64,000 nucleotides of DNA from Eledone cirrhosa (GCA_964016885.1 OZ024743.1:314154001-314218000), one strand, 5' to 3'. Shown: positions 24,804 to 44,576, numbered from the stretch's first letter. The notes: a model not told the origin generated them from the sequence alone. Made by a program: numbers and translations.

Positions 24804-27800
24804 TCCTATACGCGGGTTTCCTGTGATTTGCGATAAGTAATCATTATACCCGTTAGGTATCATTCATAGAGCGCCTACAACCACTGGTATTGTTTTAGTT
24901 CTCAATTTCCACATTTTTCCAATTTCTATCTCCAGGTACTTGCTCAATTTTTCAAATGTTTTTATAGAAACATTCTTGTCTATTGGAACGGACATATCAA
25001 TTAGCAGGCATACCCTCTTTTTAAAGTCCTTCAATATTATATCAGTTCTATTTGCATCTATTTTTCGGTCTGTTTGGATGCTAAAGTTGCACAAGATTGA
25101 GATCTGATCTTTTTCAACTATGGGAGGTGGTTGATGCTCCCACCAATTCTTTTGATGGGGCAGGTCAAAATGCTTACACATTATCCAATGTATTATGTAT
25201 TGTGCAGCTCTGTCATGCCTGTTTAGGTATTCGGTTGGAGCTATAGGACTGCACATTGAAATTATATGGTCAATGGTCTCTGGTTGTTTTGTGCATACAC
25301 GGCATAATGGGCTGCATCCATTTTTTATTATGTTCGCTTGGTAATTTTTTGTTGGCAGACACTGATCTTGTGCTGATATAATCAGTCCTTCAGTCTCCGA
25401 TTTCTGTCCAGAGGATGCCAACCACTGATGGGTTAAAGTTTTGTCAACATCAGGATTGTTACCTCGTTCTGGGTATTTTCGATACAGAGGCTTTTCTTGC
25501 CATTTCTTAGCCAGTTTCTGTAGCAGTTCTTTCTTTGCAGTTACTTTTACCTGCTTTGCTTTTTCTGTGTTTTCCATTTCAGCAGTAAATGGGACTTCTG
25601 AAATTTGTAGTCCATTACTGTATCTTTGTGCATCTTTTGTAATGGAATATGATCTGTTGATGCTTTCGTGTCTCAAAACGAGTTTGATCATCCAATCATG
25701 TGATTCCCTTAGATATGTAGATAATCCAATTGTTGCAGTTTTCAACGCAATGTCTAACTGGATTAACCCACGTCCTCCTTCTTTCCTAGGGAGATATATT
25801 CTATCTATATCTGCTTTAGGGTGATGCATTCTGTGCATGGTTAAGAATTTTCGAATTTTTGTATCGAGCCTACGGATCTCTGTGCTTGACCAGTTGATGA
25901 CATTGTAACTGTAGGTTACTACTGGTATGGCAAGCGTGTTTATGGCATCGATCCTATTCCTTGCATTCAATTCCTTTCTTAAGATTGCTCCTACTCTGCG
26001 GTAACATTCCTTCCTTATCCTTTCCCTCATTGTCGAGTGCTTGATTCCGTCTCCCTCACAAACACCTAGATATTTGTAAGTTTTTTCTTGATCAAGTTCT
26101 CTTATCACATTCCCTCGATCAAGATTAATGTCTGAACTCTTCAGCAGCTTTCCTCTGGTGAACGTTGCTTTGGCGCATTTATCTGGTCCAAACTCCATTT
26201 TAATGTCATCACTGAACTGCTCCACAGTGGATAACAGCCCTTGCAATTGTTCATCATTTTTTGCAAATAGTTTCAGGTCATCCATGTAGAACAAGTGATT
26301 AATGGTTTTGTCATAGACTTTATATCCATGTTTTGTTTCATTGAGCATTTTACTTAATGGTATAAGTGCGATGCAGAATAAAAGCGGTGATAAAGAGTCA
26401 CCCTGAAAAATTCCACAATTAATATTAACTTCTCCAGCTTCCAGTGATTTTGTTTCACTTTTCTAAAGGAGTGTCGTTTTCCATGTCTTCATACTGAATG
26501 ACAAAAACCTCCTGAAAATCTTTAAACATTTTTCAATCCAACTGTGGGGCAAACTATCGAATGCTTTTTTATAATCTATCCAAGCAATTGATTTATTTTT
26601 GTGTCTATTATAACAATCTTCCAGTATTCTATTTTCCCATATTTGTTCTTCAAGGTGAGCTGTATCTTTCATTTGTCTGTCTATCCATGGGGCATGTATG
26701 TTATGAACTTTTTCTTCGGCCCAGATCTTTTCACAGAATTCTTGCACTTCCTCCTTGGGTGGTATTGATTTAGCAGTTATTGTTGACTTACCAATTTTTC
26801 TCCAGAAGCTTCTTTGGTTGTTTTTTAACATATTATTGTCCTTATAGAATCTAGATCGTTTTTCAAAGCGCCTTATACGATCAGCTTTGGCCGACACTTT
26901 TTGCTTGATTATTTCTATCAGTATGTCTATATCATTTGTTGACTTTATACTGTACTTTCTTTTAAATTTTCTAAGTTTAGTTTGTTTAACATGTTCACCT
27001 ACTTTATAGTTTGTTAAAATTTCTATGTCTAACCGGAGAAGGTTTATTTGGCGATTGATGTTCTCTTGCCAAGTAGATTTCTTGTGGGAATTCCTTTGTT
27101 TTTCATTTTCACTCCACATAAGTGATGACTTTAGTCGATGCATAATAGAGATGATTTAAATCAGTAATGTTTAGTTTGTTTGTGATGATAATGTTTTTGA
27201 GAATTATGTTAGTCTTGTGTATTATCTTTTGGTTCTGTTTGGAGTTCTGGATCTTAGGGAGGGTATCTCGTTCCCCCATGTCAGATTCTTTCATTTTCAA
27301 CCATTCGATCATAATTTCATCCTTCAAGTTGGCAAGTTCATTCTCATTCATTTCTTTATCATTTACGATCTCATTGTTTTCATTTTGAGTTTCATCTTGA
27401 GCATGCACACCCTCTACTTTTTCGATCCTTTCTGTAATTTGTTCTGTTGCCAGTGACTCCGCCACAACCCTGGGATTCGAAGTGTTACAATTTATCTCGT
27501 TTTCACTGACACATGTTTCATTTTCCCTTCGCTGACTTTGTGCTAATAGCTTGATCTGATCAATTTCTATATCAGTTATTAACTTTTTTTTAACAATATT
27601 TCTTCGTATATTGGCTAGTTTATTACTGTCAATATAGCTTCTGCTTTCGGGATGTTTCTTTTTCCAGTTGATATATGTCTGTTCTGTATTCGATGTATTT
27701 GATGGGTAGTACATGGCAGTGTAGAAAGCCTCAAGGACTTCTTTATTTTCTTCCCTTGATCATTTTTCTCTCTTTTTCTTTGGATTTCTTGGTGGTGAGC

Positions 27801-28165
27801 ATGGAGGGCCAACAGTAGGAGTATTCCGGTTATGGGAGGTCTCCAGCTCCGAAGTGATGGGAAGGTTTGAACCATTAGTTGATTTTTCGACCCCAGTCTG
27901 GTTCCGCTCTGAGGGACGCGGCCCTTTTTGACCCGGGTGACGGCCGATCCGGTATGAGATTTTATCATTAGACATTTACTTTATTTTGTCGCGTTTTATC
28001 CTTATCCGCCAAGGGGTAATCATTTCGTGTTACCACTTCTAGGACGAGTGTCAACCAAGACTAGAGGGGTCGTCCTCCCCTAGAGACACGGCTATTCCCC
28101 GCCGGCCGCCATCCCGGTATTTCTTGGTCACGGGGTTTTCTTTTTGTTGTTTTTTTAAGTTGTTA
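24596..28165 (-). mobile_element. R4/Dong-clade RLE non-LTR retrotransposon (element 1), inactivated and internally deleted
   Basis: Single broken ORF 27975 to ~24745: WIDYKKAFDS, IFQGDSLSP, HLFYMDD, EGGRGL, CRVC..ETIDHIISMC, RHD, NRTDII..IDMSVP..EKLSKY. (TAA)n tail on the - strand. Confidence 0.9.
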
Positions 28166-29089
28166 TTATCATGAGTGGTTCCTTAATGTGAGCATTGCGT
28201 GGCTTAAGAATGAAATTATTAACAACTGTCTCCACTCCAGGCACAAGGCCAGCAATCACCCAGTGCATTACAATAATATAATATACTTTTTGTTGTAGTT
28301 GGCTGTTATTGTTGTTGGCTATGTCGGTGGTGGTGCCGGGACTTTTTATATTGTTGGTGAGGAAGGGGTGAGCCAGCAGTCCCATAGTTGTTGATGTTGA
28401 CGTTTGGCCGGTGGCCAGGTCACTAAGTCAATCTATTTATATCTTTTGCTAGCCTCTCCCTTGTCTAGTGATACCGCCACCTTCCCCTTTCTCTCTCAAG
28501 TTAACAGGGGAATAGTGTCAGTAGCATTGAATGAGTGGTGGCGGCAATGATGGACGTGGTGGGGTGGTGGCAGCGGTGGTGTTGTGGTTACTGATATAGT
28601 ATCTATGAGTTTGTGTTCGTATGTTTAATTTATATTTTTATTATATTTTGTGTTGACATATTCCCGTAAAATTTGAATTAAACATTTTTTAAAATTTGAG
28701 ACAATAATAATAGTAATTATTATTATGATGCTGGTGAAATTGCCGTTATCTGGTTGTTATATTTAGTGTGATGGGATAGGTAGTGTATCAAGTTTCTGGT
28801 GTTGGTGAAATTGAAATTGCTGCTGTTCTATATAGTGTAGACAGAGGGTGTTTTGTTCCATTTGTAAACATTTTCTTTTTTTGTATACAAAATATATAAT
28901 ACAAAATTGAATATTTGAGCGATACAACAATATAATATGGATCCGAAACTTTATGGGACCTCATTCGGTGACTTTATGCAACATTTGTGCTAAGAATTGT
29001 TCTTTCACAATTGATTTAAATATGTTAAAAATCAAAAAACTTACGGGAGAAATTTCGTGACGTTCTACCACCTCGTGCGTCTTCTTCCC

Positions 29090-32977
<3,888 letters not shown>

Positions 32978-33925
32978 ATTATTATTATTATTATTATTAT
33001 TGTATATCATTTCTCTATTACTCCCTCCCCCCTCTCTCTCTCTCCCTCAAAAGATTAACACACACATGTAGGAATATAGGTTGTATTTACAAGGTAGATG
33101 ACGTATAGGAGTGCCTAGAAATATTCTAAATGATATAACATTTAACCAGAACAATACAAACAGGGCAGGCATATCCCCTGTTCTATCTATATCGTTGCCA
33201 CATGAAATTAAAATATATTCTATCAAAACATGTTTAGATTTTCATTTAATTATGATTGTTTTGGGAAAACTGTTACTCTGTAAATTAGAAATGCAACAGA
33301 GACAAACTGACGCCCCCCCCCCCTAAAGACACACACACACTCACCAATATATACATTTAAGTATTATTTAATACTTCGGGCTTAGGACATCCTTCACAAA
33401 AGAAAAGGATATGGAATAAGATGGAGAAGGACGTCAATACTGTTCCCCAGCCCCATAATACTCAATTTACTTTCTTTTGTAGAATTACATGAAATAAAAG
33501 GAAAACGTGTAAACTGCAGTTTTGTTTATCATCCTTTTGCTTTTTCACTCTTCTATTTTTATCTTCCATTGTACAAGTTTTCCCCAAACACACTTAACCT
33601 TATTTTCAAAATGCTTCATATAAACTATAATTCCTAATTTGCATTCGTTTATCTTAATATATTTAGTTCGATATTTTTTCAATGTTTCCTCAGTTTCAAC
33701 TGACATATTTCATAAATCGATGTAGCTTTATGTTTTTATATGTTAGTTGACATTTATGTATTACCTTCTCTTCGTTATAGAAGCATGAAATGTCTCTCTA
33801 TGTGTATTGTGTACCATAGTCTTTCTAGACATAAAACCTCTATTTAAAAGGTTCCGTTCGCGCTTCAGGCAGAAACACATAAATATACATAATATTTATA
33901 TGCGTACGTATTCATACAAGCAGGA

Positions 33926-33956
<31 letters not shown>

Positions 33957-35227
33957 CACACATACCCCCCCCCCCCATCCACCTCCCCCCCCCACACATA
34001 TATATATATATATATATAGATATATATATTGCTGTAGTATATGCTACTGTCTTTTGAACTGCATGTGTCGGCATAGGTAACAATGTGTGTCAGATGATAT
34101 AAGCTTACATCCGATTAAAAAACATGATTAAATTAGTTGGTTTTCCTCTAAAATCCACTCATCTCACGGGACACTCCAATAAGCATTCACATCTTTGAAA
34201 GTAATAGCAGTCGTAAAGGGAGACTTATTCTTGAAGCTAGTTACCTAACAGACACATTTATGACAATATATATTACACTCCCTAATAGATATGTCACACT
34301 CTTGAAATTTCACATTTATTGTTAAAATGGTTTTGAAATGTTTTTACCGTCGACTAAATACTAATTAAACATTGAGTCGATTGGGTAAGAAACTTACTTT
34401 GCCACTACAAATTGGCGTGATCGATTCGTCACACCCTGTGACATTTTGAGCAAGTGTAATTTACAATTGCCTCAGGTCAGACAAAGATTTTTTGATGAGG
34501 TTTAGTTAAAAGAGTAAAGACCCCTTTTGGTCTCGAATAACCAAGGGATTTGGAACTAGAAATTTCTCCCTAGAGTCACAAGTCCGAGCAAGACTGTTTG
34601 TGGAAGACCAAGCAAACACGCATGCATACATGCCTTCTCTCTCAACGCCACCGAAGACGTCGATACAACTTGGTACCCATGATGACGCATCTCATTTCTA
34701 CAGTTGAGTAAACTGAAGAAACACAATCCAGGAATCTAACTCACAAGCTCTCAATGGCAAACCCAACTTTTACCCACTATGCGGCTTTGCTTAAGATTTA
34801 GTAGAGAGAAACAAAACGAGAACATTTTCGATTGATTGTACTTGTACTTGTACCTCTATATGGATATTGCATGGCCGAATGTTAGAAAAGATTGATTTGC
34901 AAATAGTAGATCTCATATTTTTTCTAGCCCACTGCGCAAAAAAACTTGTGAAAGTGTAATTTACCATATTCTCTTTCTATTTCTAATTCTAGCTCTCATT
35001 CTATCTCTGGTAAAGAATAATGTCCTAAATGCGAAGATGGTTTTCCTTACATTAATATGTATCATCATTGTGTTGTATCGTTCCTCTGTGTTCTTTCTCC
35101 TCACGTTAACATTTCGCATCCATATACACACACATTTATATATATGCATGGGTATGTATGTATATATTTATAAATATATATATTATTGTTAGTCTCATTA
35201 TTATTATTTAGCCTTCGACAATTATCG

Positions 35228-35440
35228 GTGGATTGGCATAATCGGTGGAGTGTCGGACACCATGCTGCGTATCATAGAATTACGTCCCTTTAACTTGTGA
35301 GCTCAAATCCCGCCCAGGTGAACTTTGCCTTTCATCAATACGGGGTTGATAAAATCAAATACCAGTAATGGATTTGGGTCGGTTTAATCGACTCCCCATC
35401 TCCAAAAGTCGTTGGACTTTTTCTTAAATAAAAAAACATT
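35228..35440 (+). mobile_element. tRNA-derived SINE, diverged
   Basis: ttggcataatcggtggagtgtcggac...gagctcaaatcccgccc...gcctttcatc..cggggttgataaaa. Confidence 0.8.
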
Positions 35441-35865
35441 CTTAATATCATTTCTAATGGCACTGGAATATTTGATAATCTATGTAACCTACCAAAGTAA
35501 TTTTAACGTTACTCTAAGTCATGCCTGTCTATAGTCACAAAATTATCGAATATATGCATAGAAATACATAAAAAATATGTGATATTGTAAGATGGAAATG
35601 ATGATATATATAAACTTTGAGATTGAGAGAAACGTTAAGAATAATAATTAGTGCATAGGGCATTGTAAACATGCCGATAGTGATTTGGACTATTGGAGGG
35701 TAAGACAAATTGGACACTATCAAGGGAAAAGAAAATCTGGTACAGTCAGGGCTGTGTGTTTAAGAACTTCGTGTCAAGTCTACGCGGATTCGATTTGGAT
35801 ACGACCTTCCTGTACATTATGCAAGTAACGTCTGCCATATCTTCCCGTATGCACTTATCGCTGTC

Positions 35866-35932
<67 letters not shown>

Positions 35933-35968
35933 TATCTATCTATATATCTATCAATAAGAACACACACA

Positions 35969-36026
<58 letters not shown>

Positions 36027-36027
<1 letters not shown>

Positions 36028-36278
36028 CGTGGTTAGAATGTCTCAGGAAGGTATCGCTGGACAGATTTTACGGACCAAACCAACCGAACAGGAGATCCAG
36101 GGATAGAACCCTAGCAAGATGGTGGTAAACATCTATGAGCTTGGCTGCTCACGCTAGGGGATCCAGCTGGATCAGTTGGAAACGGATGCTTTTGACAGGA
36201 GCCTCTGGAAGGAGTGTATGAGGACTCTGCCCTCTGTCCTCACGCACCTATCATTAAAGGTGGGCGAAGAAGAAAAAG
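36027..36278 (+). mobile_element. RTE-like LINE 3' end with (GAA) tail
   Basis: VVRMSQEGIAGQILRTKPT.., similar to ~12420-12535 and to the - strand of ~40370-40420. Confidence 0.6.
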
Positions 36279-36293
36279 TATATATATATATAT

Positions 36294-36846
36294 GTAGATA
36301 AATCTACCAAGAGTTTACGGTAGTGTCCAATCCGTATGAAGAACTCAATGTAATCCGGATATCATGGAAAGAAGAGATGCAATGAAAAATCACTTTCGGT
36401 GAAAGATAAACGGAATACAGAGTCAAGATAAAATATTAAAAAAATAATGAATAAAACAATGAAACAGTTCCTTATATTAAACAAAAAAAGTTCATTATTT
36501 AACGATCGTTTCTAGGATATATATGTGTTAGAATTGGCATGCATATTCAACAGATCTATGTACAAAATTATACAAAATTATACAAACTATCAAAATTAAA
36601 TATACATACCAAACACATATATATGCCGTCTTCAGAAATAATCATTTCTGAAGACGGCATATATATGTGTTTGGTATGTATATTTAATTTTGATAGTTTG
36701 TATAATTTTGTATAATTTTGTACATAGATCTGTTGAATATGCATGCCAATTCTAACACATATATATCCTAGAAACGATCGTTAAATAATGAACTTTTTTT
36801 GTTTAATATAAGGAACTGTTTCATTGTTTTATTCATTATTTTTTTA

Positions 36847-36855
<9 letters not shown>
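36294..36855 (-). mobile_element. Non-coding PLE-like element with a 212-bp foldback (arms 36428-36639 and 36644-36855, 4-nt loop)
   Basis: Arms appear to be exact reverse complements. An unpaired tail lies at 36294-36427. (TA)n on both sides. Confidence 0.85.
36644..36786 (+). ncRNA. Type I HHR motif with extended helix II (mirror copy on - strand at 36497-36639)
   Basis: attt-CTGAAGA-cggcatatatatgtgtt...aacacatatatatccta-GAAA-cgatcg-TT-aaat, with palindrome ACGATCGT. Confidence 0.78.
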
Positions 36856-36927
<72 letters not shown>

Positions 36928-36932
36928 ATATA

Positions 36933-37160
36933 TATTTGGGGATGGTCATATTACCAGTATTTCTAATAAAATCAGTTACACGCACCATTCGATTTTCACT
37001 TATCCAGATTGCTTGTTTATACATTCTTTCATCAAACTTATTTAGTCACACATTCTGTGACCTCTTCAAAAACTATCTGTTCTCTTTTGTAAATCATCTA
37101 TTTTCTGATCTTAAATCTCTACTTGATCTTGTTTTATTTTATGCTATGCTTTTGTATATA
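36933..37160 (-). mobile_element. Degenerate solo terminal repeat related to the PLE at 56072-59220
   Basis: Shares acacgcacca, ccagat.g.ttgtttata and gtcacacattctgtgacctcttca with 56100-56330. Confidence 0.65.
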
Positions 37161-37665
37161 TAAATATGTATTTACAGATATACACACACATACATATATA
37201 TGAACATATGTGTATATATTATTTATGTATGTATGAATCTATTGATCTGTAGATCTATCAATGCATACGTATTCATGTGTGCACACATATGTATATTTTT
37301 GACGGCATGTATTATTGTGTGACATTTTGGGAACTGTTGAATAAAAAAATCTTAATTGGATCAATATATGCACCATATACCACTTGACAGATGTACAAGC
37401 TAAACACATATTGTAAGTTCTAGAACATTATAGCTGCTTCTACATAGATATCGATTTATCGTATCTATTGAAAAAAGTAAATGAAAATAGTTGTAGAGGG
37501 GATGCTGATAGAAAACCCGGTTAATGTTTCACAAATGAATAGAACATTAGAGTCACTTCTAAAAGCTCTGTTGATTTTTGTCCTCTATAATGCAATCTTT
37601 GTCGTCCCATCATATAATTTTCAATAAAAGCACAGGAAATGCTAAATATGTGTTCGATTTGAATC

Positions 37666-38565
<900 letters not shown>

Positions 38566-40283
38566 ATATGAACACAAGAAGCGTTATAACATTTCTGAAA
38601 CTGAATGAGATAAAATAGATTAAGCAAAAACGATATTATGAACATTAAGTGAAACCAAAACATGCGGCATACGTTAACAGAGTAAATGCATGAGCTGTTT
38701 CATTTTTTTACTATAATGCGGCACAGTACATATAATATATTAATTGAAATTTTATATTCTATACGCATAAATAAACAAACATGTCTATTAGAGTTCTTCT
38801 GCATCAAACATCCATAGATTCTCTGCATTTTCTCTCTGTTTTATAAATTAGGATTAATATCAGTTGCCTGATTCTGTTTCAGATAGCAGCCTTAACAGTG
38901 CTGACGTTTGACTTGAACGCTTTTTAGCAAGGATAATAGGCCTGGGACTAATAATGCTGATGCTCCACTAGTGTGAAATAATTTACAGGAAATACATTTT
39001 GTAAAGTAGAAGATGTTTTGTAGTCGACGTCCCTTTTATATTTCGCCAGATAATGAAGTGACGTTTGAAGTGAGATATTGATCCAATACAACGCGATATG
39101 GTTTTGTATGAGAATATTTGCTAACATCGAACATGAATTATTGCTGGAGTCCGTTCCAGATTTCAGTACCAAACGATCTAAGAGACGTTTTGCATGAATG
39201 GCGTTTGGAAAATATGCCGGAGACTCTGCAATGTTGTGAATTCAATATGTGCGAAATGGGCTGGACTACATTTTCGTCATTTTAAAACACACAAAAATGA
39301 TCAAATTACTTCATATTTATCACCTTCCTGATGTCTAAATTTGTGCCGCATTGCTTCCATATAATACAGATGTCTAAATTCAGTCGTTGGACGACACCTC
39401 CTGGAGTATGTATGCTGTTGAACTGTCCTCACATCGCCGACCTTACTTTAATTAATGAACCTCATAAGAATAAAAATACAGGCTGAATTTGGTGGGGTTA
39501 AAACTCGGAAAATATATCACTCGAAATCCCGCAAGGACCCTGCCAACTCATCGCTTAAAGTTGTAATGTTGATGTCTAACATAAAAGCTATAATTAAGAT
39601 ACAATTATTTTCATATGAATTACTTGCTTTTGTTGAGAACAGGAACTGGGTAGTATGTATTTTTTTAGGGCAAAAACAAAACTTCAACTTTACATACACT
39701 ACATTTGAAATCACTCTTCTTGCGATATATAACTTATGATCCTGACGGGAATTTTGAACTGAGATCTTGTCGGGCTTCCTCATATTATATTTCCAGCAGG
39801 CAACAATTCACGCCTAATCATGATGACTATATTAAAATTACTCTAATTAAAACTTTATAATGTATCATGTTATTCATAAATCTCTCTTAAATAAGACATT
39901 AACATCTTGGAACATGACACATTTCATGATGTATTCCAGGAAAAAACAATGCCCGGAGAAAGATGCTATCATTGTGGATGGAATGCTAATTATAGATCCA
40001 CTACAGAAAGACTGAGCTCGGGCTAAATAATAATACCAAGCAGTTTATTACACCAGAGTTCAAAACAACGATTCATAATTACAACATATATAACTGCACT
40101 GAACGAAATTAATATGGTATAGCATTAGTTTAGATATGGCAATTATATCGAAGTGCCTTGAATATATATAAGAAAGATATGCATCTACTATTCCAGTTTC
40201 AAAATCAATATGTTGGCATATCTGAATGAAATATAACGAAAATCGTTTATTTTAACATTCATCGTAAATAGCAAATAATGATA

Positions 40284-40700
40284 TCTTCTTCTTCTTCTTC
40301 TTCTTCTTCTTCTTCTTCTTCTTCTTCTTCTTCTTCTTCTTCTTCTTCTTCTTCTTCTTCTTCTTCTTCTACCCGAGAGGGTCGTGGGGCCAGAGTCCTC
40401 AAACATACCATCTAGCAGGACTCTCGTGTGATTCACTGATCTCTGATAGAGTAACATTACTCCAAAGACCCTTCCTAGGAACCACACTTCGACGCTTATA
40501 TTCGCGATCGTATTCTTTTGGAAATTATCCAAGATGCATGTCCATAGGTAAGGATTGGCACGAATACCGAGTTGAAGATTGCGAGTTTGGCTTTCATACC
40601 AACTTCTCTTCTCCTGATGACGGAATGCTGAAGCTAGCGCATTATTGCGTTGGATATATATGTAAAATATACCAATCACTATTCAGTGAAGATTATAAGT
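40284..40700 (-). mobile_element. Degenerate RTE-like 3' end with expanded (GAA)n tail
   Basis: (CTT)n at ~40284-40370. The adjacent - strand gtatgtttgaggactctggcccc resembles ~36215-36232. Confidence 0.55.
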
Positions 40701-41240
40701 GGAATGGTAAAGGAATATATGGAAATCAATTGTGAACAAGTATCTTAAAGCGCTTCACTCGTACTGTACCAGGCTTGTTTCCATTCTTCTAAGTGTTGTT
40801 TATATAATACGTCAATATTCCTTGCAAGAGAATGCACACTCACACGCAAACACACACATTCACACACACACACACACATACACACACACACACACACAAA
40901 CACACGCAAACACACTCATCTATATATGTATATATTGATTACTGATGATTCATCTTGTTAAATAAATATCGTGTTAGTAAGAGACTGTAGTATTTATTGG
41001 ATTAGAAACCGACAGAGACTAAAACGGCACACCCGAGATTTTTTGGGGGGCTACATAAAGTACATAACATAATGCTTTCTCATTCTGGCAGAAGGTCAAT
41101 AGATTTGCTAGAAGAGTGCAGTAGATTGTATTGATCCTGATATGTTAATGGGGCACTCTCTCTCTCTCTCTCGCCTGCCCCACCACAGTGATTTGTATTA
41201 GATAATCTCTCTTTCTTACTCATCTCTCTCTCTCTCTCTC

Positions 41241-41349
<109 letters not shown>

Positions 41350-41357
41350 TTTGAGTA

Positions 41358-42086
<729 letters not shown>

Positions 42087-42294
42087 ATATATATATATAC
42101 ATATACATATATGAGTCCCGGTTTCAATTGAGGGTAACCACAATAACTAAGCAGCGATTGTTTGCTTAATCTTTAATCTGTTCATTTGATAAATATATAT
42201 ACATATATAATATATGCATATATAATCTATCTATCTCTATATATATATCTCTCTATATATATATATCTCTCTCTCTCTCTATATATATATATAT

Positions 42295-42331
<37 letters not shown>

Positions 42332-42879
42332 TGTGTGTCAGTCCCGGGTTCAATAGGAGGTAACCACATAAATAAGTTTCTCAATCCGTTTTATGCTTTT
42401 TGTGATTATTTCGAATGAAACAAATCTCGTCGTGTAGAAGCTATTTCTATATTGAATTTTGTGCGGTGCCCCAGCATGGCCTTAGCCGGGTGGCTGGAAC
42501 AGGTGAAAGAGTAAAGGAGTATATATATATATATATATATATGGCGGTACGTACGCGTGTGTGTACATCGCAATATTATATATAATGAAGAGTCATTGCG
42601 TTTTGATATCATGAGTTCAATGGAACCTAATATTGGAAGGCATGTAGTTTAAGAAACTAGTAACAGTTACTTATAGTAATAGCTACTTATATTACCATTG
42701 TTATGTACTCTCATTCTCTCATTCTTAAAATATCTCTTACTGAATACCACCGAAAGTTGAATATGTCTTTTTTATATCCTCTGAAGAGGACTATGCACAG
42801 TATTAGGGATTGAAATACGGGCATCATTTCCTCCTCGTTGATTTACGAACATGTTATATTTCGGTGAGGCATTATTTAT

Positions 42880-43061
42880 ATTGGCAGTATAGGTAGAGGG
42901 TCGGACGCCATGCTTTGACGCATAGAGTTACGCCCCTTGCTATTCTGAGTTCAAATCCCGCCGAGGTTAAATCTGCCTTTCATCCTTACGGGGTCGATAA
43001 AATAAAGTACCAGTAATGCACTGGTGAATTGTTGGCTTTGTGCCAAAAGTAGAAACAATTA
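42880..43061 (+). mobile_element. Full-length tRNA-derived SINE (central domain resembles the Meta/MESC SINE core)
   Basis: A box TGGCAGTATAGGTAGAG, B box GAGTTCAAATCCC, core GCCTTTCATCCTTACGGGGTCGATAAAATAAAGTACC. The family assignment is from recall, not a search. Confidence 0.85.
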
Positions 43062-44423
43062 TTTATATCTAGTTCTATCTGAAAATTAATGACTGCGATG
43101 ATGATCAAAGAAGAACAGGAGAAACTCACTTAGTGTTTCCGTAGGAATGAACAGGAAAAAAACGAACTAAGGTAGCACTTAAAAAGTGTTCTACATTTCA
43201 GCATCCAATGTCTTGAAGATTCTTATCCAATTTTAGCAAGCACGAAAAATCATGGGAATGATAGAATTAGTAAAGGAAGTGCTAAACATTATGACTTTCT
43301 ACTAGTTAGAGAATTAGTAATATAGTTTTTTGCACTACGAAATACATATCTCATCTGAAAAGAAGGTCAAAACATATAAAATTGTAGTCATCGTCAGTTT
43401 AGTACATATTACTGATGGTGAAAAATATGGAAGATATTTGATTTTCCTACAATTGAAGAGAGTGTAGAAATATAATTACATCTAGAGATTTGGCTTGGTG
43501 CTAAATCGGAATTTTCATTTACAGCAGAGTACAAAACGGCATGAACTTATTCTCTCTTTCTATTCCAGTTCTCAGTCATTGCATTGGATTGTGGCATCCA
43601 CTAGCGGTTTCCCCTTTCATGAATCATACGCTAAATACAGATTTTATAAATACCACATGTTGAGCGAATCATGAGGCTAAACCATTTGAGAGATTTACTT
43701 TATTATTGTACAAGTACTGTCACATTGTTCACTGACATCGATTAGTCCTAGAAAACAGCAGAAGCTGGATTCAATGGAGGAGACAAAGAAGCTACATGTC
43801 TTCTTGACATGACAACGTATGGGACATCATCATATATGGCAGCCTTAAGACTTAGACGTAAACAAAATCAATAACAAGAAAAGCAAAAAGACCCAACGTG
43901 TAAAAATGTAAAATAAAGAAGAAAAAAAACACACGCGCAGTTGAGTTGATAGTATTTGATTGACATTTTGACTGTTTTACTTGATGTCTTGAAAGGATAT
44001 TTTCTCATACAAGAATATTAAATAAATACATTAAAAATTAAACACAAACATAATCGGACTGATGTCTATACGGTGTGGTTGGCTTAGAAATGAGTTTCAG
44101 AATTATGTAGAGATGAGTGGAGATTTATTCCACAGATTTAATTCCCTTACTGTGATATATAAAAAAACAAAAATAAATAAATAGAAGTTGCTGCATATAA
44201 GTGTTGAACGAACCAATAAAGGAACCTCTATGCAGACACTAGACCTGCTAGAAATAAGAGACTGCTCTGGCTCTAATCGAAAGACAATTATGGACACATG
44301 GTAATATGGTTCATCCATTAGGGTTGATGAAATGTGTGTTCTCCATTCGAATGAACTTATGATTCTAGTAATGTACAGACACAAACATACAGACACACCA
44401 CGCATATACTTACACATATACAA

Positions 44424-44576
<153 letters not shown>

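Noticed and set aside
38860-39200. Possible hAT transposase remnant on the - strand (TSGASALL..GLLSLLK..HC)
   Set aside because: Only a faint resemblance to the TDGA..M..HC motif, with no terminal inverted repeats found. Needs tblastn or an HMM search.
42775-42825. CTGAAGA...GAAA on the + strand
   Set aside because: No helix II or III and no UH site in the right geometry.
42880-42965. tRNA gene
   Set aside because: A and B boxes are present, but they are the head of a multi-copy SINE and no cloverleaf forms.
43100-43860. Possible highly decayed LINE RT C-terminus
   Set aside because: No continuous diagnostic motif could be read.
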